Source: a virus
Virus record (IMG/VR): IMGVR_UViG_3300021375_000018
Span: 23,119 to 87,118 of that record
Reading direction: 5' to 3' (one strand)
DNA length: 64,000 nucleotides
In this document: positions 10,822 through 21,480 of the stretch, piece after piece
Layout of the letters: the number at the start of each line of letters is the position of its first letter
Numbering within the stretch: the stretch's first letter is position 1
The notes under the pieces: generated by a model
Seen by the model: only the letters and a program-made list of their open reading frames with translations
The model's database searches: none
What the model was told of the DNA's origin: nothing
Translations under genes and position numbers: made by a program

Positions 10822-11781
10822 ATGAGCAAGCCTGAAATTTATATTGATGGCTTGAATGTTTTTATGCGACATTTTGCTGCAAATCCTGCAAAGTCTATGA
10901 ATGGACAATTGTGTGGTGGAATAGTAGGAATGTTAAAAAACATTCAACATCTATCAGAAAGATTTTCACCGCAAAAGATTGTTATAGTCTGGGAAGGTGG
11001 TGGGTCTGTAAGAAGAAAGTCTATCGATACAAACTATAAAAATGGTAGAAGGCCAGTTAGACTAAATAGAAGTGAATTAATTGGTGATATACCTGATACT
11101 GTTGAGAATAGAGACTTTCAGTTAAAAACTCTTATTAAGATACTGTATAAAACTCCACTTACGCAGGTTTACGTGAATGATTGTGAAGCTGATGACGTTA
11201 TTTCTTATCTTTGTAAAACAAAAAAAACAAGTAACAAAAAAATAATTGTGACATCAGATAAAGATTATTACCAGTTAATAGATGAGAATACAAAAATTTG
11301 GTCGCCAAATAAAAAAGTTTTGATTGATTCTCAATACGTAATGGACAAATGGAAAATAAAATCAGAAAATTTTTGCCTTGCAAGATGCTTTGCTGGAGAT
11401 CAAAGTGACGGGCTCAAAGGAGTTAAAGGTGCAGGATTTAAAGTTATGGTTAAAAGATTTCCAGAATTAGGTGTGTGTAATAATTTGACAATCAATGATA
11501 TTATTATCAAGTCTAGACAAGAAATTGAAAATGGTAGCAAACTAAAGGTATTTAAAGAAATAATAGAATCAGAGAAAACATTACTAAAAAACTGGAAACT
11601 TATGTACTTAGACTCTGCAATGGTAAGTGCCGATCAAGTTAAAGCTATTAACTACCAATATGAAAACAAAGAAGAACGAATTAATAAAATGGAGCTTCTA
11701 AAAATAATGAACCAGCAAGGTCTTAATATGTTTGATATCCACACATTCTTTTTAACTTTAAAAGCGAGTACAAGGATTTAA
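10822..11781 (+). CDS. 5'-3' exonuclease / flap endonuclease (T4 RNase H-like)
   Basis: IDGLN, YKNGR, EADDVI, TSDKDYYQL, GDQSDGLKGVKGAG. Confidence 0.92.
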   Translation: MSKPEIYIDGLNVFMRHFAANPAKSMNGQLCGGIVGMLKNIQHLSERFSPQKIVIVWEGGGSVRRKSIDTNYKNGRRPVRLNRSELIGDIPDTVENRDFQLKTLIKILYKTPLTQVYVNDCEADDVISYLCKTKKTSNKKIIVTSDKDYYQLIDENTKIWSPNKKVLIDSQYVMDKWKIKSENFCLARCFAGDQSDGLKGVKGAGFKVMVKRFPELGVCNNLTINDIIIKSRQEIENGSKLKVFKEIIESEKTLLKNWKLMYLDSAMVSADQVKAINYQYENKEERINKMELLKIMNQQGLNMFDIHTFFLTLKASTRI

Positions 11782-11787
11782 TAATAA

Positions 11788-13158
11788 ATGAGTTTAGAAA
11801 AAAACTTTTCAAAATTTGGTAAACCTTTTCAAGAAAAAGTATTCCAAAGTATGTTATCTGATCAACCGTGGTCAGCACAAATGATAGAAGTTGTAGACCC
11901 TGGATATTTTGATTTAAGATACTTAGCTTATCTTTGCCAGAAATATTTTGCGTATTACAATAAGTACAAAACATTTCCAACACTTACTATATTAATCACA
12001 ATAATAAAAGAAGATCTCACTAAGTCTAAAGACATTGTGTTAAGAGATCAAATCATTGAATATCTACATAGAATGAAAACAAATCCTGACATGGGAGATT
12101 TGCAATATGTAAAAGACAAGTCGTTGGAGTTTTGCAAAAGACAAGCTTTCAAAGAAGCGTTAGAGCAGAGTGTAGAGCTTATTCAAACTGAAAAGTATGA
12201 ATCAGTTATTAACATTATGAAAACAGCAATTTCTGTAGGCATGCCTAATTCAACAGGGCATGACTTCTTTGATGATATAGAAGCAAGATTTGTTCAAATC
12301 AATAGGCAAGTTTGCCCCACAGGCTTAGAAAGAATTGATGCTCAAGATATACTAAGAGGAGGGTTAGGAAGAGGAGAGTTAGGTGTTATTGCAGCAAATA
12401 CTGGAGTTGGAAAATCCCACTTTTTAGTAGCTATGGGATGCGCAGCTATGAGAGCAGGAAAAAACGTAGTACATTATACATTTGAGCTATCAGAGCATGA
12501 AACAGGTAAAAGATATGATTCAAATCTATGTAACATAGCAAGTAATGAAGTGATTGAAAGAAAAAAAGAAGTAGTTGATAAGTATAAAAACATGTCGTTA
12601 GGAAGATTGATTATAAAAGAGTATCCTACTGGGTCTGCATCTGTAATGACATTAAGAAATCACATTGAAAAGCTTACGCTGAAAGGACTAAAACCAAGTT
12701 TAGTAACAGTTGACTATGCTGACGTAATGAAGTCTTCCAAGGCATACGATTCATTACGTCATGAACTAAAATTAATATATACAGAATTAAGAAATCTTGC
12801 TGTTGACTTACAAATACCTATATGGACAGCTTCTCAAGCTAATAAAGACTCTTCTAAAACTGACATTGTAGGTCTTGAAAATTTAGGTGAATGTTACGGT
12901 AAAGCTCAAGTAGCTGACGTTGTCTTATCAATAAGCAGAAAGCCTATGGAAAAGTCAACAGGCGGTGGCAGAATCTTTGTTGCTAAGAATAGAGCAGGAA
13001 GAGATGGACTACTATTTCCTGTTAATATAGATACAGCAATGTCTAAATTTACTATACTTGATGATTCTGAATTGTCACTAAACGAAGCTGTTTCGCAAGA
13101 TCAGCATAGCATAAAACAAAAGTTAAAAGAAAAATGGAATGAGGTTAATAAAAAATGA
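11788..13158 (+). CDS. DnaB-like replicative helicase (gp41-like)
   Basis: GELGVIAANTGVGKS, FEL, VDYAD, WTASQAN, KNRAG. Confidence 0.93.
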   Translation: MSLEKNFSKFGKPFQEKVFQSMLSDQPWSAQMIEVVDPGYFDLRYLAYLCQKYFAYYNKYKTFPTLTILITIIKEDLTKSKDIVLRDQIIEYLHRMKTNPDMGDLQYVKDKSLEFCKRQAFKEALEQSVELIQTEKYESVINIMKTAISVGMPNSTGHDFFDDIEARFVQINRQVCPTGLERIDAQDILRGGLGRGELGVIAANTGVGKSHFLVAMGCAAMRAGKNVVHYTFELSEHETGKRYDSNLCNIASNEVIERKKEVVDKYKNMSLGRLIIKEYPTGSASVMTLRNHIEKLTLKGLKPSLVTVDYADVMKSSKAYDSLRHELKLIYTELRNLAVDLQIPIWTASQANKDSSKTDIVGLENLGECYGKAQVADVVLSISRKPMEKSTGGGRIFVAKNRAGRDGLLFPVNIDTAMSKFTILDDSELSLNEAVSQDQHSIKQKLKEKWNEVNKK

Positions 13159-13643
13159 TAAATATTTTTTGCAATAAAGCGTTAAAAAAGTTATTAAAAG
13201 ACAAAGAAATAACACACTATACACCAGCCTATGAAGGTGAAAGTGCAGGAATAGATTTGTATAATTGTGGCGATGATGTTATACTTAAACCAATAGAAAC
13301 GTTTGATAGTGAAAACACAACTGCTACTACAAGCATTAAAACTGGAGTTCACTTAATAGTGCCTAAAGGTTACGTTGCGCTTGTTAAAGAAAGAGGCTCT
13401 ATCGTAAAGAACACACTAAAGTCTAGAGCAGGTGTAATAGACGCTGGATATACAGGCGAAGTTTTTGTTAATCTAGTCAACTTATCAAATAAAACAAAAA
13501 AAATTATGTACGGAGAAAAGCTGCCAGTACAAATAGTTGTTGTAAAATGTGACAATCACTTCAATACAATAGACGAAGAAGAATACTTAAAATTATCCGG
13601 CAAGTCTTTAAGAAAAAAAGGAAAAGTCGGAAGTTCAGATTAA
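13155..13643 (+). CDS. dut: Trimeric dUTPase
   Basis: SAGIDL, ERGS, AGVIDAGYTGE, R...KVGSSD. Confidence 0.9.
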   Translation: MINIFCNKALKKLLKDKEITHYTPAYEGESAGIDLYNCGDDVILKPIETFDSENTTATTSIKTGVHLIVPKGYVALVKERGSIVKNTLKSRAGVIDAGYTGEVFVNLVNLSNKTKKIMYGEKLPVQIVVVKCDNHFNTIDEEEYLKLSGKSLRKKGKVGSSD

Positions 13644-13655
13644 AAAGAGGTTTAA

Positions 13656-15443
13656 ATGATTAAAAGGTATTTTGGTATTGATATTGATCTTAGCAGAGAT
13701 AATATCTTAACAGAATTTTCAAAAAAGCTACTTAAAAACTATTACATGAAAGATAGCGAATCATCGCCGCAAGAAAGTTTAGCACGAGCAGCAATAGCAT
13801 ATTCAGACAATGACATGTCTTTAGCTCAAAGAATATATAACTACTCATCAAAACAGTGGTTCATGTATAGCTCTCCTATTCTTTCAAACTCGCCTAGCAT
13901 AGGTGAAGAGTCAAAAGGAATGCCGATAAGTTGTTTTTTGACTTATGTAGATGATACTTTAGAAGGTCTTATCGAACATTCTGATGAACTAAGATGGATG
14001 TCAGTAAAAGGTGGCGGCGTCGGAGGTCATTGGAGTAGTATTAGATCAAATAGTGACATATCTCCTGGACCTATTCCTTTCTTGAAAACAGTAGACAGCG
14101 ACATGACAGCTTATAGGCAAGGAAAAACTAGAAAAGGAAGCTATGCAGCGTACATTAATATAGATCACCCAGACATATTAGAATTTTTAAACATGCGGGT
14201 TCCAACAGGTGGTGATATAAATCGTAAATGCTTTAACATTAATAATGCAATAAACATTACAGATATGTTTATGAATGCTGTAATTGAAGATAAAGAGTGG
14301 AATCTTATAGACCCTAATGACAATTCTGTAAGAGACACACTAAGTGCTAGATCATTATGGGAAAGGATACTTGAGGTAAGATTTCGTACAGGAGAACCGT
14401 ACCTTTGTTTTATAGATGAAGCGAATAGAAAACTACCAGAGTATCAAAAGAAACTTAATCTTAGAATAAACGGAAGTAATCTATGTTCAGAAATTTATTT
14501 ACCTACTTCTACTGATAGAAGCGCTGTATGTTGTTTAAGTTCGCTTAACTTGGCAAAGTACGAAGAGTGGAAAGATTCTAATATAGTAGAAGATTTAATA
14601 ACATATCTAGACAATGTTATAACATTTTTTATAACAAATGCTCCCGATTCTTTAAAAAAAGCAAAATATTCAGCATTCCGAGAAAGAAGTTTAGGATTAG
14701 GGACAATGGGATTTCATTCACTCTTGCAGTCTAAAAACGTGCCGTTTGAATCTGTAATTGCAAAGTCAATGAATATAAACATATTCAAAGAAATACAAAC
14801 TAAAGCTAAACAGAGAACATTTGAACTTGCCAAAGAAAAAGGTTCATGCCCAGATGCAGGAAACTTAATTATTAGAAACTCACACTTAATAGCAATAGCT
14901 CCAAATGCAAACTCTTCTATTATAGGCTGCACTAGTCCATCTATTGAACCATGGAAAAGTAACGCTTTCACACACAGAACACGAGTTGGATCACATTTAG
15001 TTAAAAACCCACACTTAGAAAAAGTATTGATGAGCTATTGGTCTAATAATGATTTTGATTCAGACTATGACTTGTGGCTTTCTAAACAGTGGAAGTCTAT
15101 AATTCTTGCTGAAGGTTCTGTACAACACTTAGACTACATGTCAGACTGGCATAAAGAAGTTTTTAAAACAGCATTTGAGTTAGATCAGCGCTGGATTATA
15201 GATCATGCAGGTGATCGACAAGAATTTATATGTCAAGGTCAAAGTCTTAATCTATTTTTTCCTGCAGGAACAGAAAAGAGCGTAGTAAATAAAGTACACA
15301 TAAGAGCTTGGAAGAGTAAAGTAAAAGGATTATACTACTTAAGAACAAATTCAGGCGCTTCTGCAGAAAAAGTTAGTCAAAAAGTTGAACAAAATAGGCT
15401 AAAAGACTTCGAAGAAGAAGACTGTTTAAGCTGTCAAGGATAG
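13656..15443 (+). CDS. nrdA: Ribonucleotide reductase class Ia alpha subunit
   Basis: PISCFL, GGGVG, SNLCSEI, LGLGTMG, IAPNANSS, GLYYLR, C-terminal CLSCQG. Confidence 0.97.
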   Translation: MIKRYFGIDIDLSRDNILTEFSKKLLKNYYMKDSESSPQESLARAAIAYSDNDMSLAQRIYNYSSKQWFMYSSPILSNSPSIGEESKGMPISCFLTYVDDTLEGLIEHSDELRWMSVKGGGVGGHWSSIRSNSDISPGPIPFLKTVDSDMTAYRQGKTRKGSYAAYINIDHPDILEFLNMRVPTGGDINRKCFNINNAINITDMFMNAVIEDKEWNLIDPNDNSVRDTLSARSLWERILEVRFRTGEPYLCFIDEANRKLPEYQKKLNLRINGSNLCSEIYLPTSTDRSAVCCLSSLNLAKYEEWKDSNIVEDLITYLDNVITFFITNAPDSLKKAKYSAFRERSLGLGTMGFHSLLQSKNVPFESVIAKSMNINIFKEIQTKAKQRTFELAKEKGSCPDAGNLIIRNSHLIAIAPNANSSIIGCTSPSIEPWKSNAFTHRTRVGSHLVKNPHLEKVLMSYWSNNDFDSDYDLWLSKQWKSIILAEGSVQHLDYMSDWHKEVFKTAFELDQRWIIDHAGDRQEFICQGQSLNLFFPAGTEKSVVNKVHIRAWKSKVKGLYYLRTNSGASAEKVSQKVEQNRLKDFEEEDCLSCQG

Positions 15444-15450
15444 AAATATT

Positions 15451-16413
15451 ATGTCATTATTAAAATATAGCACAACTTATAAGCCCTTTAAATACTCATG
15501 GGCAATGGAAATTGCAGAGTCTCACGAAAAAATTCACTGGGGAAGCTGGGAGGCAAAGTTGCAGGAGGATGTTAATCAATGGAAAGGTGGAAAGATTTCT
15601 TCTATAGAAAAAAATCATATTACACAAATTCTAAGATTATTTACGCAGTCTGATGTACAAGTAGGCGGCAATTACTGTGATCTCTTTATCCCTAAATTTA
15701 AAAACAATGAGATAAGGAGCATGCTACTAACTTTTGCAAACCGAGAAGGAACTCATCAACGTAGCTATGCCTTACTTAACGATACATTAGGTTTGCCTGA
15801 AGCAGAGTATAGCGCATTTTTAGAATATAAGGAAATGAGTGATAAAATTAGTTTTATGCAAAATAATGATGTGTCTACTAGAAAAGGTTTAGGACTTGCA
15901 TTAGCACAATCTGCGTGTAATGAAGGAATGAGTTTATTCTCAGCATTTGTTATGCTACTTAATTATCAAAGATACGGTAAAATGAAAGGGACATGCGAGA
16001 TTGTTGAATGGTCAATAAGAGATGAAACAATGCATGTTCAAGGAATGACGCAACTCTTTAGAGAATATATAAGCGAGCATCCAAGAATCGTAAATGATAA
16101 ATTTAAAAAAGATATTTATCAAATGTATAGATACGCTGTGAAACTAGAAGATAAAGTCATTGATCTTGCTTACGAAATGGGAGCTATTGAAGGATTAGAT
16201 AAAGAAGATGTAAAACAATACATTAGATATCTTGCTGATAGACGTCTTATTCAATTAGGACTAAAACCTAACTTTAAAGTAAAAGACAATCCGCTAGACT
16301 GGGTAGACTGGATTATTAATGGTGACTCTTTTAAAAATTTCTTCGAAGGTACTGTAACTGATTATAATGCTGATGGCATGAGCGGTGAAGACTGGGGATG
16401 GAAAAGTTTATAA
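15451..16413 (+). CDS. nrdB: Ribonucleotide reductase class Ia beta subunit
   Basis: EGTHQRSY, EG..LFSAF, IRDETMH, NFFE...Y. Confidence 0.97.
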   Translation: MSLLKYSTTYKPFKYSWAMEIAESHEKIHWGSWEAKLQEDVNQWKGGKISSIEKNHITQILRLFTQSDVQVGGNYCDLFIPKFKNNEIRSMLLTFANREGTHQRSYALLNDTLGLPEAEYSAFLEYKEMSDKISFMQNNDVSTRKGLGLALAQSACNEGMSLFSAFVMLLNYQRYGKMKGTCEIVEWSIRDETMHVQGMTQLFREYISEHPRIVNDKFKKDIYQMYRYAVKLEDKVIDLAYEMGAIEGLDKEDVKQYIRYLADRRLIQLGLKPNFKVKDNPLDWVDWIINGDSFKNFFEGTVTDYNADGMSGEDWGWKSL

Positions 16414-16468
16414 ATTTTATTTATAAAATAAATATAAGATTTATATAATACAAAAAAGGACTAAACTT

Positions 16469-16717
16469 ATGAATAAAACAAAAATTATGTTTTTTAGCGC
16501 TAGCACGTGTGGACCATGTTGTTTAGTAAAGTCGCAGATGAGTGATGATATTGTTAAAGAACTAAATATTGAAATTATAGATGAAAAAGACAAAAGCACT
16601 TTTGCAATGTATCATATTGAAAATGTTCCTGCTTTTATTAAAGTAAGCTTAGATAACAATGAAGAGCTAAACAGACAATTTGGATACAAAAGTATAAAAG
16701 AGTTAAGGAGACTATAG
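16469..16717 (+). CDS. Thioredoxin
   Basis: FSASTCGPC, VPAFI; follows nrdB. Confidence 0.85.
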   Translation: MNKTKIMFFSASTCGPCCLVKSQMSDDIVKELNIEIIDEKDKSTFAMYHIENVPAFIKVSLDNNEELNRQFGYKSIKELRRL

Positions 16718-16721
16718 AAGA

Positions 16722-17324
16722 ATGCATTATCATACTGATATTTCACCATTTATAAAAGAAGTTGAATTAAGACAACAACCAGTTATAATTACAGTAAATG
16801 AATTTACAGAATCTTCTGTTTTGAAATTCAATGAACAAATGTCTTACGCTCAAAATAGCGGACAAAAAGTAATACCTATTGAAATTGACTCTTTTGGAGG
16901 TCAAGTGTACTCATTAATGGCAATGATATCATCAATAAAGTCTTCTAGAATTCCAATATCAACAATAGTACAAGGAAAGGCTATGTCATGCGGAGCAATA
17001 CTTGCATCTTTCGGTACTAAAGGTCTAAGGTTTATGGATAAAGATGCAACAATGATGATACACGATGTGTCTTCTTTTGCTTTTGGGAAAATAGAAGAAT
17101 TAAAATCAGACGTAAGAGAGTCTGAAAGGCTTAATAAGAAAGTATATACAATGATGGCTAGAAACTGTGTTAAATCAGATGACTATTTTACTAAGTTAAT
17201 ACATGATAAAGGACACTCAGATTGGTTTCTTGACGCTGAAGAAGCTAAAAAGCATGGATTGATTGATCATATAAGAGTGCCAGAAATGAAAATAAAGGTA
17301 GATGTTAGTATTACTGTAGAATAG
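16722..17324 (+). CDS. clpP: ClpP-like serine protease
   Basis: IDSFGGQV, KAMSCGA (Ser), MIHD (His), DWFLDAEEAKKHGLID. Confidence 0.9.
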   Translation: MHYHTDISPFIKEVELRQQPVIITVNEFTESSVLKFNEQMSYAQNSGQKVIPIEIDSFGGQVYSLMAMISSIKSSRIPISTIVQGKAMSCGAILASFGTKGLRFMDKDATMMIHDVSSFAFGKIEELKSDVRESERLNKKVYTMMARNCVKSDDYFTKLIHDKGHSDWFLDAEEAKKHGLIDHIRVPEMKIKVDVSITVE

Positions 17325-17352
17325 TTATCTTAATAAATACAAGGATAAATTT

Positions 17353-18132
17353 ATGGAACAGTTTAAACATATAAATAAAAATAAAAGTTATGTAAGAGAG
17401 CTACAAGAAGAAGTAGGCGCTGCTGTAGACGGTGTATATGGATCAGGAACACATAACGCAGTTAGAGAATATTATGGAAACGTAATATTTCATATGGGAA
17501 AAGTAGTTCCTATTGATTTCGACGTAGAAGTAGATATGTCTGCACCTTTATATGAACTTGATGATGGTACACAAAACTGGTATACTAGAAAGGATGACCC
17601 TGATTCTATTTGTGTACACTGGGGCGGTTTAAATTCAAGACATTGCTATAATGTATTTAATATGGCAAGAGGTCGTCATGTATCTTCACATTTCTTGTTA
17701 GGATACAATCATAAGCAACAAAAGTTAGAAGTACTTCAATGTTTAGATACGGGACTTGTAGCTTATCATGCAGGTAAGTTTAATAAATACTCTATTGGTA
17801 TTGATATTTGCATGCATCCTCAAGCTAAATATTGGGAGAAAACTAAAAAGTGGTATCCTGATGCTTACTTGTCAGAGTATAAAGGTGAAGACACTAGAGT
17901 TCCTCGAGGAGAAATAGCTATGATTGGTGATGATTTCTCTTTATTCTGTGAAGACTTTTTAAGTGCGCTAATGGAAGCTGTTGATTTACAAGATAAACCT
18001 GTATGTAAAGATAATAAAGTATATTCTGTTAAAGCTGCTTCACAGTTTAGTATTGTAGGCCATCATAACATTTCAGCTAAAAAATGGGATGTTATACCTT
18101 GGGCAGAAAAATTATATTATAATATTAATTAA
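17353..18132 (+). CDS. N-acetylmuramoyl-L-alanine amidase with N-terminal peptidoglycan-binding domain
   Basis: VRELQ..VDGVYGSGTHNAV; CVHW, SSHF, AYHAG..NKYSIGID, VGHHNI..KWD. Confidence 0.85.
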   Translation: MEQFKHINKNKSYVRELQEEVGAAVDGVYGSGTHNAVREYYGNVIFHMGKVVPIDFDVEVDMSAPLYELDDGTQNWYTRKDDPDSICVHWGGLNSRHCYNVFNMARGRHVSSHFLLGYNHKQQKLEVLQCLDTGLVAYHAGKFNKYSIGIDICMHPQAKYWEKTKKWYPDAYLSEYKGEDTRVPRGEIAMIGDDFSLFCEDFLSALMEAVDLQDKPVCKDNKVYSVKAASQFSIVGHHNISAKKWDVIPWAEKLYYNIN

Positions 18133-18133
18133 A

Positions 18134-18619
18134 CTATAAAATAGAATACATCATTACAGTTGGATAGTAAACTTCATTTGAGTCTGTATCTTTGTGTAAA
18201 TTTATTTCATATGAATTAGAGCTAGTTCTTCCTCTTAATTTATAAGATCTAGAACCTGTATACTGTGCAAGTATAAATTTAATTGAAATTAAATTATTAA
18301 GTTTTTGTGAATCTATAGCAGCACCTTCAATACAATAATTATTGCCTAAACCAGACCAGCTAGACCCACCATCAATAGATTCAAATAATTCAAGAAAATG
18401 AGTGCTATTATTATCAGGCCTGTATACATATTGAGCTTTAAATTCATATATTACATGTTTGCAATTTTCAATAGGTGTATATGTGATAGATGATCCTGTA
18501 ATATCTGATACTGTAGAATCAATTTCTTGATTTGTCACAGAGTTATTAAAAATTACATTTTCTTTTCCAATATTATTATTATTAATTAAATAGCTCATTA
18601 ATTCCTCACTGAGTAACAT
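18134..18619 (-). CDS. Hypothetical beta-rich protein, paralog 3 of a tandem triplet
   Basis: ITGSSITYTP..VIYEF motif shared with the two adjacent genes. Confidence 0.7.
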   Translation of the reverse strand: MLLSEELMSYLINNNNIGKENVIFNNSVTNQEIDSTVSDITGSSITYTPIENCKHVIYEFKAQYVYRPDNNSTHFLELFESIDGGSSWSGLGNNYCIEGAAIDSQKLNNLISIKFILAQYTGSRSYKLRGRTSSNSYEINLHKDTDSNEVYYPTVMMYSIL

Positions 18620-19119
18620 GTAACAAAAGGTTTATAGTATCTATCACCAGTTAATCCACTTGAATCATAAAATGTATCTAGTTTATGTAATAAAGTCGAA
18701 GATGATGAAAAAATAACACTTCCTTGCACTTTCAATTTTTTAGAAGTGTTCCCCCAACTATTCAGGCATAATCTTAAGTTTGTTAAACTTCTTATTTGAA
18801 CTTCTGCCTTTGTTGAACCAAATATAGTATTAGTATTATTACCCCAATCAGACCAGCTTGATCCATCATCATCGCTATAAACTAATTTACATCTTATGTT
18901 GATTGCTCCAGCATCACCCTTTGTCCTCATAAACCAGTATTCATATATAATATAATCTGAATTAACTGCAGGTGTATAAGATATCTCAGAACCTGCAAGA
19001 TCTGTCCATAATGAATTATCTACAGAATATGTATCTATTATCTGTGAAGTTTCAGAAGATTCAATGATCTTGTAGTTTAATAAATAATTATTGTTTTTTT
19101 CTTCAAATAAATGTGACAT
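18598..19119 (-). CDS. Hypothetical beta-rich protein, paralog 2 of a tandem triplet
   Basis: LAGSEISYTP..YIIYEY; YSDDDGSSW (BNR/Asp-box-like). Confidence 0.7.
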   Translation of the reverse strand: MSHLFEEKNNNYLLNYKIIESSETSQIIDTYSVDNSLWTDLAGSEISYTPAVNSDYIIYEYWFMRTKGDAGAINIRCKLVYSDDDGSSWSDWGNNTNTIFGSTKAEVQIRSLTNLRLCLNSWGNTSKKLKVQGSVIFSSSSTLLHKLDTFYDSSGLTGDRYYKPFVTCYSVRN

Positions 19120-19128
19120 GTTTTTATC

Positions 19129-19635
19129 CTACTTCGAGTATATTATTACAAAGCTATTAAAAAGATCTATATTTGGGGTTGAGTCCCAACCTAGACCACT
19201 TCTTATTCCGTTAAAGTTAGATTTATGAGAGTCATCTGAGTGTTTTGCTTGCGTTACTAGTACTTTTTCTCCACTCCACGAAGGTATTGTATAAGATAAA
19301 GTTATCTGCTCTGTCAACCGTGTATAGGAAGTCCAACCTTCACTTCCCCACTGATTAATATAACCAACGTTATCTGTAGTTATATCTTCTAAGTTGCTTA
19401 TGTCGCTGCCATATTGAAGTTGAAACGTTATATTATGAAAATTATTCGAGTTATAGCTTCCAACTGTTGTAAATTCATAAATAACATAATCTGATCCGCT
19501 TTCTGGCGTATAAGAAATTTGTGATCCTGTGACATTTTGCCATGAGCCTGTTGTTAATCCAATTTGTGTTATAGTAGTCTTAGCTACTTTTATGTTTTTT
19601 TTAAACTCATCTTTGTTTTTTAGTAAGTGTGTCAT
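19129..19635 (-). CDS. Hypothetical beta-rich protein, paralog 1 of a tandem triplet
   Basis: VTGSQISYTP..YVIYEF. Confidence 0.7.
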   Translation of the reverse strand: MTHLLKNKDEFKKNIKVAKTTITQIGLTTGSWQNVTGSQISYTPESGSDYVIYEFTTVGSYNSNNFHNITFQLQYGSDISNLEDITTDNVGYINQWGSEGWTSYTRLTEQITLSYTIPSWSGEKVLVTQAKHSDDSHKSNFNGIRSGLGWDSTPNIDLFNSFVIIYSK

Positions 19636-19655
19636 TTATAAACTTTCAAATTTTC

Positions 19656-19684
19656 GTGTAAATTTATTTTTATTTATTTATAAT
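19656..19684 (+). promoter_or_regulatory. Phage promoter GTGTAAA-N16-TATAAT upstream of thyX
   Basis: Exact motif and spacing. Confidence 0.75.
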
Positions 19685-19704
19685 TATACAAAACAGGAGA
19701 TTAA

Positions 19705-20415
19705 ATGAAGCATTATTTATATAATGACAAAGTTGGTTCAATAGAGCTGATTGATCATATGGGAAGTGATATTACTGTAGTTAATTCTGCAAGAGTTTCT
19801 TACGGTGTGCATAAAAAAGAGTTAGACAACAAAGATAAGAAGTTAATAAGCTATTTAATTAAACATAAACACACATCAACTTTAGAACATAATATAGCAA
19901 CTTTTAGAATTAAAGTGCCTTTATTTATTAGAAGTCAGCATCATAGGCACAGAACATGGAGCTATAATGAAATATCAAGAAGATATACAGAATTCAACAT
20001 GGAGTTTTATGAACCTGAATCATTCAGAACTCAACACAAAATTAATAGACAAGCGTCTAATAATGAGTTAATTAATCCTAATATTATTTCAAAAGAAATA
20101 ACAACTTTAATGACAGCTGATGTCCCTGTATTTACTTTAAGTGAAGCTGTTAAATATCATCATAATCAAAGTATTAACTTGTATAATAGAATGCTGGATT
20201 TAGGTGTGAGTAAAGAGCAAGCAAGAGGAGTTTTACCACAAAATTTATATACTGAGTATTATGCAACAGCTAACTTGAATAATATATTAAAGTTTGTTGG
20301 ATTAAGATCTCACGAAGGAGCACAATGGGAAATACAAAAGCTTTCAGATTATATGTTAGAATTAATAAGAGGAATTTGGCCTGTTGTAGTTGACAGCTAT
20401 ATAAAAAATGTGTAA
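19705..20415 (+). CDS. thyX: Flavin-dependent thymidylate synthase
   Basis: ARVSY, canonical RHRTWSYNEISRRY, EQARGVLP, AQWEI. Confidence 0.96.
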   Translation: MKHYLYNDKVGSIELIDHMGSDITVVNSARVSYGVHKKELDNKDKKLISYLIKHKHTSTLEHNIATFRIKVPLFIRSQHHRHRTWSYNEISRRYTEFNMEFYEPESFRTQHKINRQASNNELINPNIISKEITTLMTADVPVFTLSEAVKYHHNQSINLYNRMLDLGVSKEQARGVLPQNLYTEYYATANLNNILKFVGLRSHEGAQWEIQKLSDYMLELIRGIWPVVVDSYIKNV

Positions 20416-20438
20416 AAACAAAAAAAGATTATTATAAT
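20410..20438 (+). promoter_or_regulatory. Phage promoter GTGTAAA-N16-TATAAT
   Basis: Exact motif and spacing. Confidence 0.7.
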
Positions 20439-20478
20439 AACTTAATAATATTTACCATTAGCAAAGAAGGATTTTGAA

Positions 20479-20850
20479 ATGGATAAAAATTTACTGCTAG
20501 AAAGCCATAAAGACTTAGAGATTATTCTTGTTAGATGTAGGATTATGATAGAAGACAGAGAAGATCCTACTGTGCTTGATATAATGACAGAAATGAGAGC
20601 GTTAGAAGGTATTGTAACAGTTAGACAGACAAGACCTATAAGCGACACAGTAACAAACAATGGTCATAGAATAATAGAGCTTAATGTATCATATCTTCCA
20701 ACTTTTATAGAAGGAAAAAACTCACAAAAAAAGCTTGTTAAAGTTTCGAAAGAATTTAAGAGTGTTGAGGGTATTGATATGGTAAAAGTTATAGAACATG
20801 ATAATGATATAATAAACGCAAGACTAACAAAATCACCACTTATATTATAA
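20479..20850 (+). CDS. Hypothetical protein
   Basis: AAGGA RBS, downstream of promoter motif. Confidence 0.7.
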   Translation: MDKNLLLESHKDLEIILVRCRIMIEDREDPTVLDIMTEMRALEGIVTVRQTRPISDTVTNNGHRIIELNVSYLPTFIEGKNSQKKLVKVSKEFKSVEGIDMVKVIEHDNDIINARLTKSPLIL

Positions 20851-20859
20851 GGAGAAAAA

Positions 20860-21093
20860 ATGAAATCAAATAAGTTAGATGATACAGTTGTATCACATAT
20901 TGCAAAGTTGCTACAAGTAGCTTTATTAACTGGAACAGACATTATTGATCACATGAGAATGATTAGACTATCCCAACATACACAAGACAATTCGGTCTTA
21001 GTATTAGAAGAAGAGTATAGAAAAATATTTGATAATACAATTGAAGTTATGATTGAAAATGCAAATAAAACATCTAGCGATGAAAGTATATAA
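20860..21093 (+). CDS. Hypothetical protein
   Basis: AAGGAG RBS; operon context. Confidence 0.7.
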   Translation: MKSNKLDDTVVSHIAKLLQVALLTGTDIIDHMRMIRLSQHTQDNSVLVLEEEYRKIFDNTIEVMIENANKTSSDESI

Positions 21094-21478
21094 ATTGAAA
21101 AAGTCTGATGATATGTTAGAACAAATATTTAATAATAGAGAATCTTTTATGCACTTAATAAAAGAAAAATATACGAAAGCTTATCCAACATGGCCTGTTG
21201 ATTTATCTTTAAAGCAGTCACAAACTGTTTGTAGAGAAACAGCTTTAAAAGGAGTTGAAGAAATGTTTGAAGCTTTAGGACATCTTAAGAACTGGAAACC
21301 TCATAGACAAACCGATATGCCTGAAATTGATCGTGAAGAATTTTTAGAAGAAATTGTTGATGCTTTTAATTATTTTTTTAGTTTAATAATTCTTATAGGC
21401 GTAGATGTTGAAGAGTTTTACAAAGCTTTTAAGAAAAAAGACAAAGTTATTAGAGACCGTATTTTAAACGGATACTAA
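21053..21478 (+). CDS. All-alpha NTP pyrophosphatase (dimeric dUTPase/dCTPase/MazG-like); start possibly at 21080
   Basis: EEMFEAL..KNWKPH..EEIVDAFNYF, acidic ExxE/EExD metal-binding pattern. Confidence 0.8.
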   Translation: MKMQIKHLAMKVYKLKKSDDMLEQIFNNRESFMHLIKEKYTKAYPTWPVDLSLKQSQTVCRETALKGVEEMFEALGHLKNWKPHRQTDMPEIDREEFLEEIVDAFNYFFSLIILIGVDVEEFYKAFKKKDKVIRDRILNGY

Positions 21479-21480
21479 CT

